From Phyllobates terribilis (lineage: Eukaryota): a DNA stretch of 64,000 nucleotides. Positions 1-10,032 of the stretch are shown here, in pieces. How positions within the stretch are numbered: the first letter of the stretch is position 1; each line of letters begins with the position of its first letter. The notes under the pieces are model-generated. The model did not search any database and was not told where the DNA came from. It was given only the letters and a program-made list of their open reading frames with translations. The position numbers were made by a program, and so were the translations under genes. The stretch is from contig NW_027362761.1 in the NCBI RefSeq assembly GCF_046119375.1, forward strand, positions 1,051,458,001 through 1,051,522,000, read 5' to 3'.

Positions 1-330
1 CCTTGTTACTGTGGCCCTGCTCCGTGTGTCTTTAAATTCTTAGTGGGGTTTTTCCTAAAATTGGTCAGCCGTTGGACTCACTGCATACCCTATAACTGTA
101 TAGCAGACCCTCTCCTTTCTAATGGGACCATGTTGTACCTTGTTACTGTGGCCCTGCTCTATGTGTCTTTAAATTCTTAGTGGGATTTTTCCCAAATTTT
201 GGCAGCCCTTGCAGTCACAGCATGGGCATTACCACTATAGGAGACCCGCTCCTTTATAATGGGAACGTTTTTTTCACCGAGACCCTCCACTATGTCTCTT
301 CAAAGGGGTATTGGGTTGTATATGAATTTT
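1..330. repeat. ~138-bp tandem subterminal repeat of the hAT family
   Basis: CCTTGTTACTGTGGCCCTGCT recurs at 1 and 139; same unit in reverse orientation at 41400-42170. Confidence 0.75.
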
Positions 331-739
331 TGGCAGCCCTTGCAGTCACTGCATACGCAATAACAGTATAGGAGACCCACTTTTTAATAATGGGAACAAC
401 AAAGCATAGCCGGCTGATGGCTCACTAACAATAGCTAGGGCCGACTGCTGGCTTTTTAAGAATAGTAAGGGCCGCCTGATGGCCCTATAAAAATAGGCTT
501 TGTGGACTTTCAGAGTCAATCCATCATAAATGAAACAGGATGTGTCTGATGATATGTCACACACCACATGGCCAGATAAGGTTATAAAATGTTAAAATAA
601 CATTTCCCGGTGAATGCATTTGTCTTAAAAAATAACGTAAAAAAACCAACAGTAGGATCTTTCTTTAGTATAAAAAACAGAGTCGCCAATATAACCTCAA
701 TGTAATCGCATTATTCAGCTCCTGCACCTCCTCTTTCAT

Positions 740-965
740 CTCCCAAATGACCACATCACTCACAAGCTGAAAGCACTGCAGCACTGCCTTGGCCAAGCGG
801 CAACAGGCTGTGCTGAAGATAACATGCTTAATGTTAGGTGACAAACTGCCCAGCACTGCAGAGTTGTTGAAAGCTGTAACACAGCAGCTTGATCTGTGGC
901 TCTCACCTCTGAACATACAGCCAGGCATGGTCGTGTATGACAATGGGCGGAACCTCGTGACGGAG
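740..965 (+). pseudogene. hAT transposase fragment
   Basis: Translation AKRQQAVLKITCLMLGDK...QPGMVVYDNGRNLV matches the first-catalytic-core region of the hAT ORF at 44640-45035 (QPGMVVCDNGRNLV). Confidence 0.8.
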
Positions 966-1305
966 AAATGACAGCCAGGGTAGATACGATTTCCCTCTAT
1001 GCCAGTCCTTTCACCAAGCTTAAGAACATGGCTGTGATGAAATACAACTCCCACTGAGAAGCTGTTTCAGATTGAAAAACATTGTGCCCACCAGAGGATT
1101 TGATTCTGAGGGCTCACCTTTCTGCCCCGCTCAAGAGCCCCATAGCAGCTGCAAAGTTAGCGCTATCATGAACTCTCCTGATGTAGAAGCCAGGGCACAC
1201 CACAGGATTCTCTGGTGGGACCGTCGAACCCTGCCGAGAAGCAGTCCTGGCTAAGAAAAGTGTGTGGAAGGTTCCCGGACACTCTATGGCTGCTTTTTTA
1301 TTGAG

Positions 1306-1420
1306 GTGGAAACCCATGCAAGCACGGGGAGAACTTACAAAATCCTTGCAGATGTTGTCCTTGGTGGGATTTGAACCCAGGATCCCAGCGCTGCAAGGCT
1401 TCAGTGCTGACCACTGATCC
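1306..1420 (-). mobile_element. tRNA-derived SINE fragment (V-SINE-like)
   Basis: Reverse strand reads TCAGTGGTCAGCACTG...GGGTTCAAATCCCACCAAGGACAACATCTGCAAGG...TTCTCCCCGTGCTTGCATGGGTTTCC (partial A box, B box, V-domain-like core); homologous to 6394-6525. Confidence 0.75.
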
Positions 1421-2404
1421 AATTTGCTACCATTCACCCTCTGATATCTAACAGGCTAGAGAAACTTGCACCTACTCCCACTCTATCTTCAGCTCCTTTG
1501 TGAGAAACTAATGTATTTGGGCAGCCACTCAGTCTATCAAATAAAATTCCTGAGAAGGAAATTGGGGATGGCTTCTCTACTGGTACTGGGGGTATTGCTA
1601 ATACTATGGCGTCGTACCATAGTTTACTGGAAATATTCCAGGCTGGTAGGATGCAAGCAGATTCCCACAGAAAAGTACCAACACTAATGTTCAGAGATCC
1701 ACGCTTGTAGAAGGTGGAGACAACACCGGGAGAAATAGTGGCAGCTGGGGAACAAGTATACACACGAGGCATGAGGCATGAGGTTGTGAAAAGCTTCCGC
1801 CTCCACGAGTTTTAAGGCCACATTTCAAGTGCAAACAGCTGCCCAGAAATCTGGCAGTTTAGTTTTGCTGCCTGTGGGTAAGTGGGTGGGTGGGTGGCTG
1901 TCTGCATACTTGCACTTGCATTCCAAGTAACTGAAAACATGGCCTCACCTCAGCACTATGAACTCTCCTGAAGGAGAAGCCAGGGCCCACCAGAGGAGTC
2001 TCTGGTTTTCTAATGGGCCCGTCCAACAATGCCGAGAAGCAGCCCTGGCTAAGAAAAGTGTGAGGGAAGGTTCCCGGACACTCTATGGCTGCTTTATTAA
2101 TGTGCATCGGTTGTGCTTATGCATGTTATTTCTCAAACTGCATTGCAGATCAGGCCATTGCCCAACTCTGTGTTACGCTCGCGCCGGGACTGACTGGCGT
2201 GAGCGTGATTAGTGATCCCACTGTACCATGAACTGAGGAGTGCCTGGAGGGGCGTAACTAAGCATCAACCCGATCCGACCAAGGTCGCACGTCGGCTCAG
2301 TCGACTCCGTGAACCAAGGAGGAACCGAGCAGAGGGACCAGGTGCTACTCCAGGTCAGACCCCGGTCACAGCTGTTGACCCACAGCGGGGAATGCAGGAA
2401 CAGG

Positions 2405-2650
2405 CAGGTTAGGCTGGCATACAGACAGGTGGGTATTGGCAGGCACGGCTGGTATGCAGACAGATGGGTACTGATAAACACGGCTGGTATGCAGACAGGT
2501 GGCTACTGGCAAGCACGGCTGGTATGCAGACAGGTGGGTACTGGCAAGTACGGCTGGTATGCAGACAGGTGGGTACTGGCAATCACGGTGGGAGTGCAGA
2601 CAGGGAGATACTGGCAAGCACAGCTGGAGTGCAGACAGGGAGGTACTAGC
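2405..2650. repeat. 35-bp minisatellite inside the LTR
   Basis: GCACGGCTGGTATGCAGACAGGTGGGTACTGGCAA-like units start at 2443, 2478, 2513, etc. Confidence 0.9.
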
Positions 2651-2709
2651 CAGTTGGAGCGCAGGCTGGATAAGGTCCAGTACAGACTGGGAGACAGGAA
2701 CAGAGCCGC

Positions 2710-3360
2710 AGATGCGGTAGTCAAGCAGAGTAAAGTGAAACCGCCGAAGCGGAGGACAAGGCAGAGCAGAGCGGAACCGCCGGAGCGGTGGACAAGGCAG
2801 AGCAGAGCGAGACCGTCGGTGCGGTGAGTAAGCAGAGCAAAGCGAAACCGCAGGTGCGGTGGACAAGGCAGAGCAGAGCGAAACCGCCGGAGCGAAGGAC
2901 AAGGCAGAGCAGAGAGGAACCGCTGGTGCGGTAAGCAAGCAGAGCGGAGCGAAACCGCCGGAGCGGTGGACAAGGCATAGCAGAGCGAAACCGCAGGTGC
3001 GGTGAGCAAGCAGAGCGGAGCGAAACCGCCGGAGCAGTGGACAAGGCAGAGCGAAACCGCAGGTGCGGTGAGCAAGCAGAGCAGAGCGAAACTGCAGGTG
3101 CAATGGACAAGGCTGAGCAGAGCGAAACCGCTAGAGCGATGGACCAGGCAGAGCAGAGAGGAACCGCCGGAGCGGTGACCAAGACAGAACAGAGTGAAAC
3201 CGCAAGTGCGGTGAGCAAGCATAGCAGAGCGAAACCGCAGGTGCGGTGGACAAGGCTGAGCAGAGATGAGCCGCCGGAGTGGTGGGCAAGGCAGAGCAGA
3301 GAGAAACCGCTGGCGCGGTGAGCAAGCAGAGCAGAACAGGGCTGCAGGTGCAGGCAGAGA
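2710..3360. repeat. 35-36-bp minisatellite with two interspersed variants inside the LTR
   Basis: GCGGTGGACAAGGCAGAGCAGAGCGAAACCGCCGGA and GCGGTGAGCAAGCAGAGCAGAGCGAAACCGCAGGT variants, largely alternating; explains the low-complexity ORFs 2366-3468. Confidence 0.9.
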
Positions 3361-3649
3361 GGACAGGGCTCTGTTCACATGGAACAGACTGGAAAATACA
3401 GGAAGATGGCTAGAACACAGGAGGTAGATACGGAGGAAGGGAAAAGGGACAAGCAGAACCAAATACACACAAGGTACTTACAATGAAGTAGCGAGTGGAC
3501 ACAAAACTCACAAATAGAAGTACAGAGATAACGAGTTGGAGTTAGGTGCAGGTTCAGACACAGCAGGAAAAGGAAAGGTACGGACAAAGAGACAACTAGA
3601 TAACAGGCTAGGAGACAGTTCAGACAGGAACTGACACTGCAACGAGATA

Positions 3650-3810
3650 CAGGAACTAGCCTGTGTATACAGCCCCCAGAGGCGGAAACAGACTAGAAGT
3701 CACAGGTAACAGGCCTGGGTAAACAGCCCCCAGGGTGGCAGAAACAGACTAGAAGTCAGAGATAACAGGCCTGGGTATGCAGCCCCCAGGGTGGCAGAAA
3801 CAGACAAGAT
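3650..3810. repeat. ~55-bp tandem repeat (3 copies) inside the LTR
   Basis: CAGCCCCCAG...GAAACAGAC recurs near 3671, 3724 and 3780. Confidence 0.8.
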
Positions 3811-4234
3811 ACAGGACAAGACCTGGCAACTCAGAGGCAAGGAGCACACTGATAGATAGTGATGCTCAGGCCCCTCCTTCAGGGTGGAGGGGGTTTAAAT
3901 ATCCAGTGACTCACAGCAATAGGCTGGAGATGCATTAGGAGTGCGCCCACAGCAGCTATAAGAATCAGGAAGTAACCGGACCGCCGCCCTAAGCAGTCAG
4001 ACAAGAGACATGCACACAGCATGAACTGGAGCAAGGTTTGCAGGCTGGACGGGTAGGTAAGATTGCGGTCTTGCATAGTGGGAGGTGGTGCACTATGCAA
4101 GCATGCCACCAGGGATGTTACACTCTGTAGTCATGAAATTAAATGCGCAAAGAAAGATGTTTGTGTGTCAAAGCACCACCGTCAAGTGCGAGTTGATGTT
4201 GGACGGGCTGCCATTGCTTCTGCAACAAGCTGCA

Positions 4235-5340
4235 TTAGAGGACTTCCTGGGAGAAATGACACCCAGAGTAGATACGGTTTCCCTCTATGCCAGTCCTTTC
4301 ACTGAGCTAAAGAATATGGCTGTGGTGAAATACAACTCTCAGCAAAAAAAGCTGTGGACTGGCACCGTACCGTCCCTAGCCACATTCACCTGTCCATGTG
4401 TTTGTGGTTAGGTGGTCCTTCTCAGTAAGTGCACTTGGGAGGGCCCGGGTAATGTTGTGGGACCCATGCTTGTGGAAGGCGGAGACGATACCGGGAGAAC
4501 CAGTGGCAACTGGGGACCGAGTATGGACACCCGGCCACCGCCGGCATGAGGTTGTGAAAAGCTTCCGCCTCCACGAGCCTAATAGGCCACATTTCAAGTG
4601 ATAGTAGCTTTAGAGGACTTCTTGGGAGAAATGACAGCTGGATTAGACATGGTTTCCAAAGTCCTTTCACCAAGCTAAACAATATGGCTATGGTGAAATA
4701 CAACTCAGCAAAAAAAGCTGTGGACTGGCTCCGTACCGTCCCTGGCCACATTCACTTGACCACGTGTTTGTGGGTAGGCGGTCCTTCCCAGTAAGTGCAC
4801 TGGGGAGGGCATGGGTAATCTTGTGGGACCCGTGCTTGTGGAAGGCGGAGACGATACCGGGAGAAACAGTGGCGACTTGGGACCGAGTATGGACTCCCGG
4901 CCACCGCCGGCATGAGGTTGTGAAAAGCTTCCGCCTCCACGAGCCTAAAAGGTCACATTTCAAGTGAAAGCAGCTTTAGAGGACTTCCTGGGAGAAATGA
5001 CAGCAGGAGTAGATATGGTTTCCAAAGTCCTTTCACCAAGCTAAACAATATGGCTATGGTGAAATACAACTCAGAAAAAAAAGCTGTGGACTGGCTCCGT
5101 ACCGTCCCTGGCCACATTCACTTGACCATGTGTTTGTGGGTATGCGGTACTTCCCAGTAAGTGCACTGGGGAGGGCACGGGTAATGTTGTAGGACCCGTG
5201 CTTGTGGAAGGCGGAGACGATACCGGGAGAAACAATTGAGGCTGGGGACCGAGTATGGACACATGGCCACAGCAGGCATGAGGTTGTGAAAAGCTTCCGC
5301 CTCCATGAGCCTAAAAGGGCACAATTCAACTGCAAGCAGC
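4235..5340 (-). repeat. Three tandem ~366-375-bp units, each containing a hAT transposase fragment
   Basis: TTAGAGGACTT recurs at 4235, 4610 and 4976; minus-strand translations (EAEAFHNLM...SRHCFSRY...TNTWSSECGQGRY) match the hAT region preceding the first catalytic Asp (cf. 45032-45820). Confidence 0.85.
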
Positions 5341-6393
5341 TGTCAAAAATTTGGCAGTAAAGTATTGCAGCCTGTGGGTTGGTGGGTGGCTGGCTGCATA
5401 CTTGCGCTTGCATTCCAAGGAATGGGGTAGGGACAACTGAACGCTGCACTGGGACAAGGACATGGACGGTGATTGTTGCAAGTCTGCAACGACAGGTGCA
5501 TGGCAGGAGGCATCTTCGCACGCGCCAAGGATCACTTTTGATGGGCACACTTTTAGGCAGTGACCTGGGAGTCAGAAATGCTTCCAAAGTTCTTCCCCAT
5601 GCTGTTCTCATGTCTTTTCAGAACTGTATGCATGTGTCTGATGATGTGTCACACACCACGTGGCCAGATAAGGTTGTAAAGAATGCATTTGTCTTGGTTG
5701 AAAGCAATGCAAAAGTGCAAAAACGTATCAAAAATGCTACATGTGAATATAGCCCAAGGTGTGGAGGAGCATTTTTGTTTATGGTTATTTATTTTGCCTT
5801 ATATACAAGTCATTACCCTGGAAAGGATGTTCTTTAATATATTTCCCAGGAAAATCCATTTTGGATTCGTTTTTGTATGTTTTATTGTGAGTCTGTAAAA
5901 GTGGCGTAATTCCTCTGACAACATTGTTGACAGCAGTGACCTGGGAGTCAGAAATGCTTCCAGGGGTCTTCCCCATGCTGTTCCCATGTCATTTGAGCAC
6001 TGTTCCCATCAATTTGGGCAATTTTTAGTCCCTCTGCAGACCGCCGGGGGGAGTCGCCTGAAAAATACTCGAGTTTCCCTTAGACTTACATTGGGCTCGT
6101 TGCTCGGGTCGAGCACCCGAGTATTCCAATTTGCTCGACCCGAGCATCGAGCACCCGAGAATTTTAGTGCTCGCCCATCACTAGTCACCAACTGCTGCTG
6201 CCAATCACTGAGTACAATAGGTCTGCTGAGGTAGATGCCATGAGCTGCTGAACTCATTAATTGTCTGTGTGGTGATGTGCGCTGTCGACATGACACCATG
6301 GCTTTAGTCAGATTTCTGAGACACATGCAGCAGAGGGGAGCCAGAGCTTGACCTAGGAAGGGTGAATACTTACTCTGTTATTTTAGGTATATA

Positions 6394-6525
6394 CAGCAGC
6401 ACAGTGGCTCAGTGGTTAGCAATTGTGGCTTGCAGCGCTGAGTTCAAATCCCAACAAGATCAACATCTGCAAGGAGTTTGTATGTCCTCCCCGTGTTTTC
6501 ATGGGTTTTCTCTCGGTACCTCTGG
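6394..6525 (+). mobile_element. tRNA-derived SINE (V-SINE-like), truncated
   Basis: A box TGGCTCAGTGG (6405-6415), B box GAGTTCAAATCCC (6440-6452), then CATCTGCAAGGAGTTTGTATGTCCTCCCCGTG. Confidence 0.8.
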
Positions 6526-7160
6526 ATATACTGTATATAAGGAAAGCATAATAAATAATAATAAAGTATATAAGAGTATTTTGGTCATCTTTCCTTAAAG
6601 TAGAAAACACCTTTAAATTTCATACTGGCTGTATTGTTGAAAACTAGTGCATTGTGTGAACTTGGAAGTAAATTTCTTTCTACAACAGACACATTCTTTC
6701 TCATCTAATGTGTTTATTTGATATACTTTGTATAAAACACAATAAATGCAGCTTAACATATTTGCTAAACCACTGCTAAATGTCAAGTTGCATAAAGATA
6801 TAAAATATCTGGGTCAAGTTAATTCTTGTTACTTGAGTTTAAAGATATTTGTAAATAATAAACTGAAAAGTGCAAAAAAATTAAGATTCCAGAAACACAG
6901 CACATTTTGCACTATGTGTATAAACTAAACACAGACATGTTTGCATTTTTCATCTTGTTTGCATTAGAGGTTTCAAAGCTTTTAGATTAAAAAGTTTAGT
7001 TTCTTCTAAAACCCACAAATCAGTGCAAGCTTAGATAAATAAATACACGTGTCACCAGTTAAGCAGAGTTCAAAGTACACTTCTAGTTAAAAATAAGAAA
7101 CTTAGCTGCCTAATTTACTGTGAAGATAATTTTCTTGCAAATCTAATTCTCATGGATATT

Positions 7161-7222
7161 TTAAGCTGTGCAGAAGATTAGTCTGATGAGGTTTCGGTTG
7201 TCATTCCTGAATTTATACAGCT
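7161..7222 (-). CDS. Candidate terminal coding exon of an unidentified host gene
   Basis: Acceptor-like TACTGAATCTATTGATGTTTTAG, then a frame reading (E)LYKFRNDNRNLIRLIFCTA*, followed by unique AT-rich sequence with AATAAA signals on the minus strand. Reading frame not confirmed. Confidence 0.3.
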
Positions 7223-7284
7223 CTAAAACATCAATAGATTCAGTAACACATTTTCAAAATTATTCATTTTTTATGAAAATATTA

Positions 7285-7600
7285 AGATTTGAGAGTCCTC
7301 AGTGGTTGATACCTTTTAATGGCTAACTGAAAAGATAGTAACAAATTGCAAGATTTCGAGACTACTCAGGTCTCTTCGTCAGGCATAGTATAACATGAAA
7401 TCTGAAGAGTCACATATTTATACACAATAGGACACAGAACTAATGCAATAGATGAGACAAGTGACGTGAAGCAGAACTTTGCATATGGGAGAGGGATAAA
7501 CAAATGTGGCCTTAAATATTGGAACAGTTCATAGATAAGGAGTGTGAAAGTTTTATTGTTATGTGATTGAGGTTTTGTTGAGTTTTGTGATGACCCCACA
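7285..7600 (-). mobile_element. Penelope-type terminal-repeat/retrozyme remnant
   Basis: Contains a type I minimal hammerhead motif typical of Penelope-like terminal repeats; boundaries approximate. Confidence 0.55.
7343..7388 (-). ncRNA. Minimal type I hammerhead ribozyme motif
   Basis: Minus strand TGC-CTGACGA-A-GAGAC-CTGAGTA-GTCTC-GAAA-TCTT-GCA: canonical core, 5-bp stem II, 3-bp stem I; stem III palindrome (expected AAGCTT) reads AATCTT. Confidence 0.7.
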
Positions 7601-8571
7601 GGTACTCTCGCATACCAAAATCATTGAAAAACTTCCTTACCTTTGAACTAGATGATATTGCTGGACAAGCAAACCCTGCTCAACCCTATGCACTGTTGAA
7701 TGAAGCTACTGAAATGGGTAAACTAATCAATTTCAGATTTTTTATATTAAATATATTTCTTAGACCTGGTGAGGCAGGTGAAAGTACTTTAAAATTCCTG
7801 TCAGGATGTTCACATAATGCTGACATTTTAAAATGAGCATTTTTTTCATTATTTGACTTTATTTTGTTTATTTTATTTTTTTTACCTTGTTTATTTCTTT
7901 TTTTTTGTTTACTTTTTGGCTTTTTATTCTTGCACAATTTTAATGTATTAAAATTGCTTTTTCGTTGCTTTTTTAAGCTTAAATTTTATTTAGGTAGCAA
8001 AATAAGCAAGCAAAGGTGCAGATTTTAAACAATATTTAAAATGCTTAGCTATGTATGTATAGAAAACACTAAGTTCCCAAACTAAAAAAAATGGTTAAAA
8101 AATGCAAACATTTAAAATGCTGGATCATCAGTTATGCCTTTCCATTTTACCTTTTCCAACAGTAACATACCAGTTTGTTAACCTTTGTGTTTAAAACTAA
8201 AATAATAATTAATGACAAATGTACTAAAACAAGGATACCCATACATAATCAAATGTTCCATTAACAAGATCAAACTATGAAGCATCATGTCATCCTATTC
8301 TTTGTTGGTGCAAAAGTAGCCATATCCAACAGGATGGAAGAGTTTGGATCACTGAGCTCTTGTCTTTATTAAAATTTCCTCTTCACTGGGCAAATTCCGA
8401 TGGGAAATGTATATGTAATTAGGTGATAAAAAACAATTAAACATGAGCGGATGTTTTGAAATTCAAAATTGCCAAATTTTCCCCCAAAATTAGATTTGCT
8501 GCTAATACATTTATATGAACCTCAATGCTGTAAAACTTGAAATTGCTCTGAGGAAATAGAGAACTTAGCTG

Positions 8572-8740
8572 ACCATAAGAGTTTACGCTTTACAAGCAGG
8601 ACAGAAGGTGAGAGTCAACCCCACTTACCATAAGAGCTTACACTCTATACGATAGAGTACCCTGATGACCATAAAAGCTTACATTCTATAGGTGAAAGAA
8701 AGAGAGGACCCCGTTAACCATAAGAGCTTACACTCTGTAG
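8572..8740 (-). repeat. Four copies of an L2-tail-like motif
   Basis: ACCATAAGAGCTTACACTCT variants at 8572, 8627, 8668 and 8717; reverse strand resembles the L2 3' motif TAGATTGTAAGCTC. Confidence 0.4.
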
Positions 8741-10032
8741 GAGAGAAAGACTTACCCAGTGACTCTGGAGACAGAAAATGACTCTCCTGTACAAACTGTG
8801 TTCTGCTTGGAACCACTGATCTGTGATGGCCAAGGTGCTGACACCCAACCGTACAAGGTATGATAATCCATAAGATGTCATAGATGTAGGGCATAATAAG
8901 GAAACCCTCACAGCAATATAAAATGGCTTCAGCATTGTGGGAAATGGTGCCAGGCAAGATTGTTTTTTTCATTTGCAAAACACAAATCAAATTTCAAAAT
9001 GTTAAAATTCACATGAAACCACAAATTTCAGGAAATTCATCTTGAGCTCAACCCTCCTTGGATCGATCTACTCAACTCTATTGGCAATTATTTGATTAGT
9101 TCCATATTCAAATAATGGACAGCATAATACATATAAAGTATTTAACATACTGAATATAAGTTATATCAAATAGATGCAAATCAACTTAGAGTCAAATTTC
9201 ATGAAATTCGTAGGTCTCAGCAAATTCAAATAATAAGTAATCCAGTTTGCATGAATCTCCAAAAAATGCCCTGTGCAATTTTCCATATTGTCAAAAAATA
9301 CATAATCTAGAGAGGGCTTCCCAATACTGCCTTTCAATCAGATGAGATCATCATAGTCTGTATAAAAGCTAAGACAGGAAAAGCAGCAGCCATTTTAGGG
9401 TTTTACAGTCTAGAGTGAGGACCTCAGACAGCAAAACTCTGCATATTGGATAGGGAGAGAAAGAGCTAAAACAGATTGGACAACTACTGTAGTGCTATGA
9501 TGATAGAAAATGGAAATAATAGTAGTCTGTGAATAATACATAGAATCAATTGGTAGCCGGAGAGCGCAATAAGAGAGTTGATAGCAGCTGCAGGCTGTGT
9601 GTGAATTGATCAAACAGTGATATATTCAAGTAGAGCATGTTTTCCAGCTGCCTGTGAATTAAATGATAAATAGTTTTTTTTGATAACCCAGGAAAGCAGT
9701 TTACAGTCTCTCAATCCTATGTTTTCTACTGAAGAAAAAAAGTGAAATTAAAAAGTTTGATTGTTGGGTTATGTTAGAGCAATTCTAACTATTTTGATTT
9801 CCAAAACTCTCCCCAAAGAAAATATGAAGATCTCGTTATTGAAAGGATTTATTAATATAGTAGAATCATAAACGTAGGCATTTCTAAAATTATAGCAAAT
9901 AACAGGATATATAGCTACATAATAACTATATACTCCTTGTATCTGCCCAGCTATACCCCTCAACAAGTCTTTCAGTGTGTTCTTTCGATAATTATCACAG
10001 TGTATGAAATTTAGCAAAGCCAATGATATTAA

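Larger units (their letters stand above)
2171..4122 (-). mobile_element. Solo LTR (~1.95 kb) of an LTR retrotransposon
   Basis: Begins TGTTAC, ends GTTACA; perfect 5-bp TSD CTCTG at 2166-2170 and 4123-4127; no gag/pol. Strand inferred from TATTTAAA on the minus strand near 3895-3902. Confidence 0.85.
1..6183 (+). mobile_element. 3' arm of a hAT DNA transposon, rearranged and interrupted; 5' part lies upstream of the window
   Basis: Ends in TGCTCGCCCATCACTA (6168-6183), reverse complement of a TAGTGATG(A/G)GCGAGCA hAT terminus. 5340-6183 and 1-630 are reverse-complement homologues of 40408-42200. Contains degenerate hAT transposase fragments. Confidence 0.8.

Noticed and set aside
2309-3468. 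165-321 aa ORFs on both strands
   Set aside because: They arise from minisatellites within the solo LTR.
7180-7215. Plus-strand CTGATGA motif as another hammerhead
   Set aside because: The downstream core reads GAAT rather than GAAA and no stem I or III can be formed.
8900-10028. Possible ancient hAT or MITE remnants (also 47820-47900)
   Set aside because: Too degenerate to define termini or TSDs by eye.
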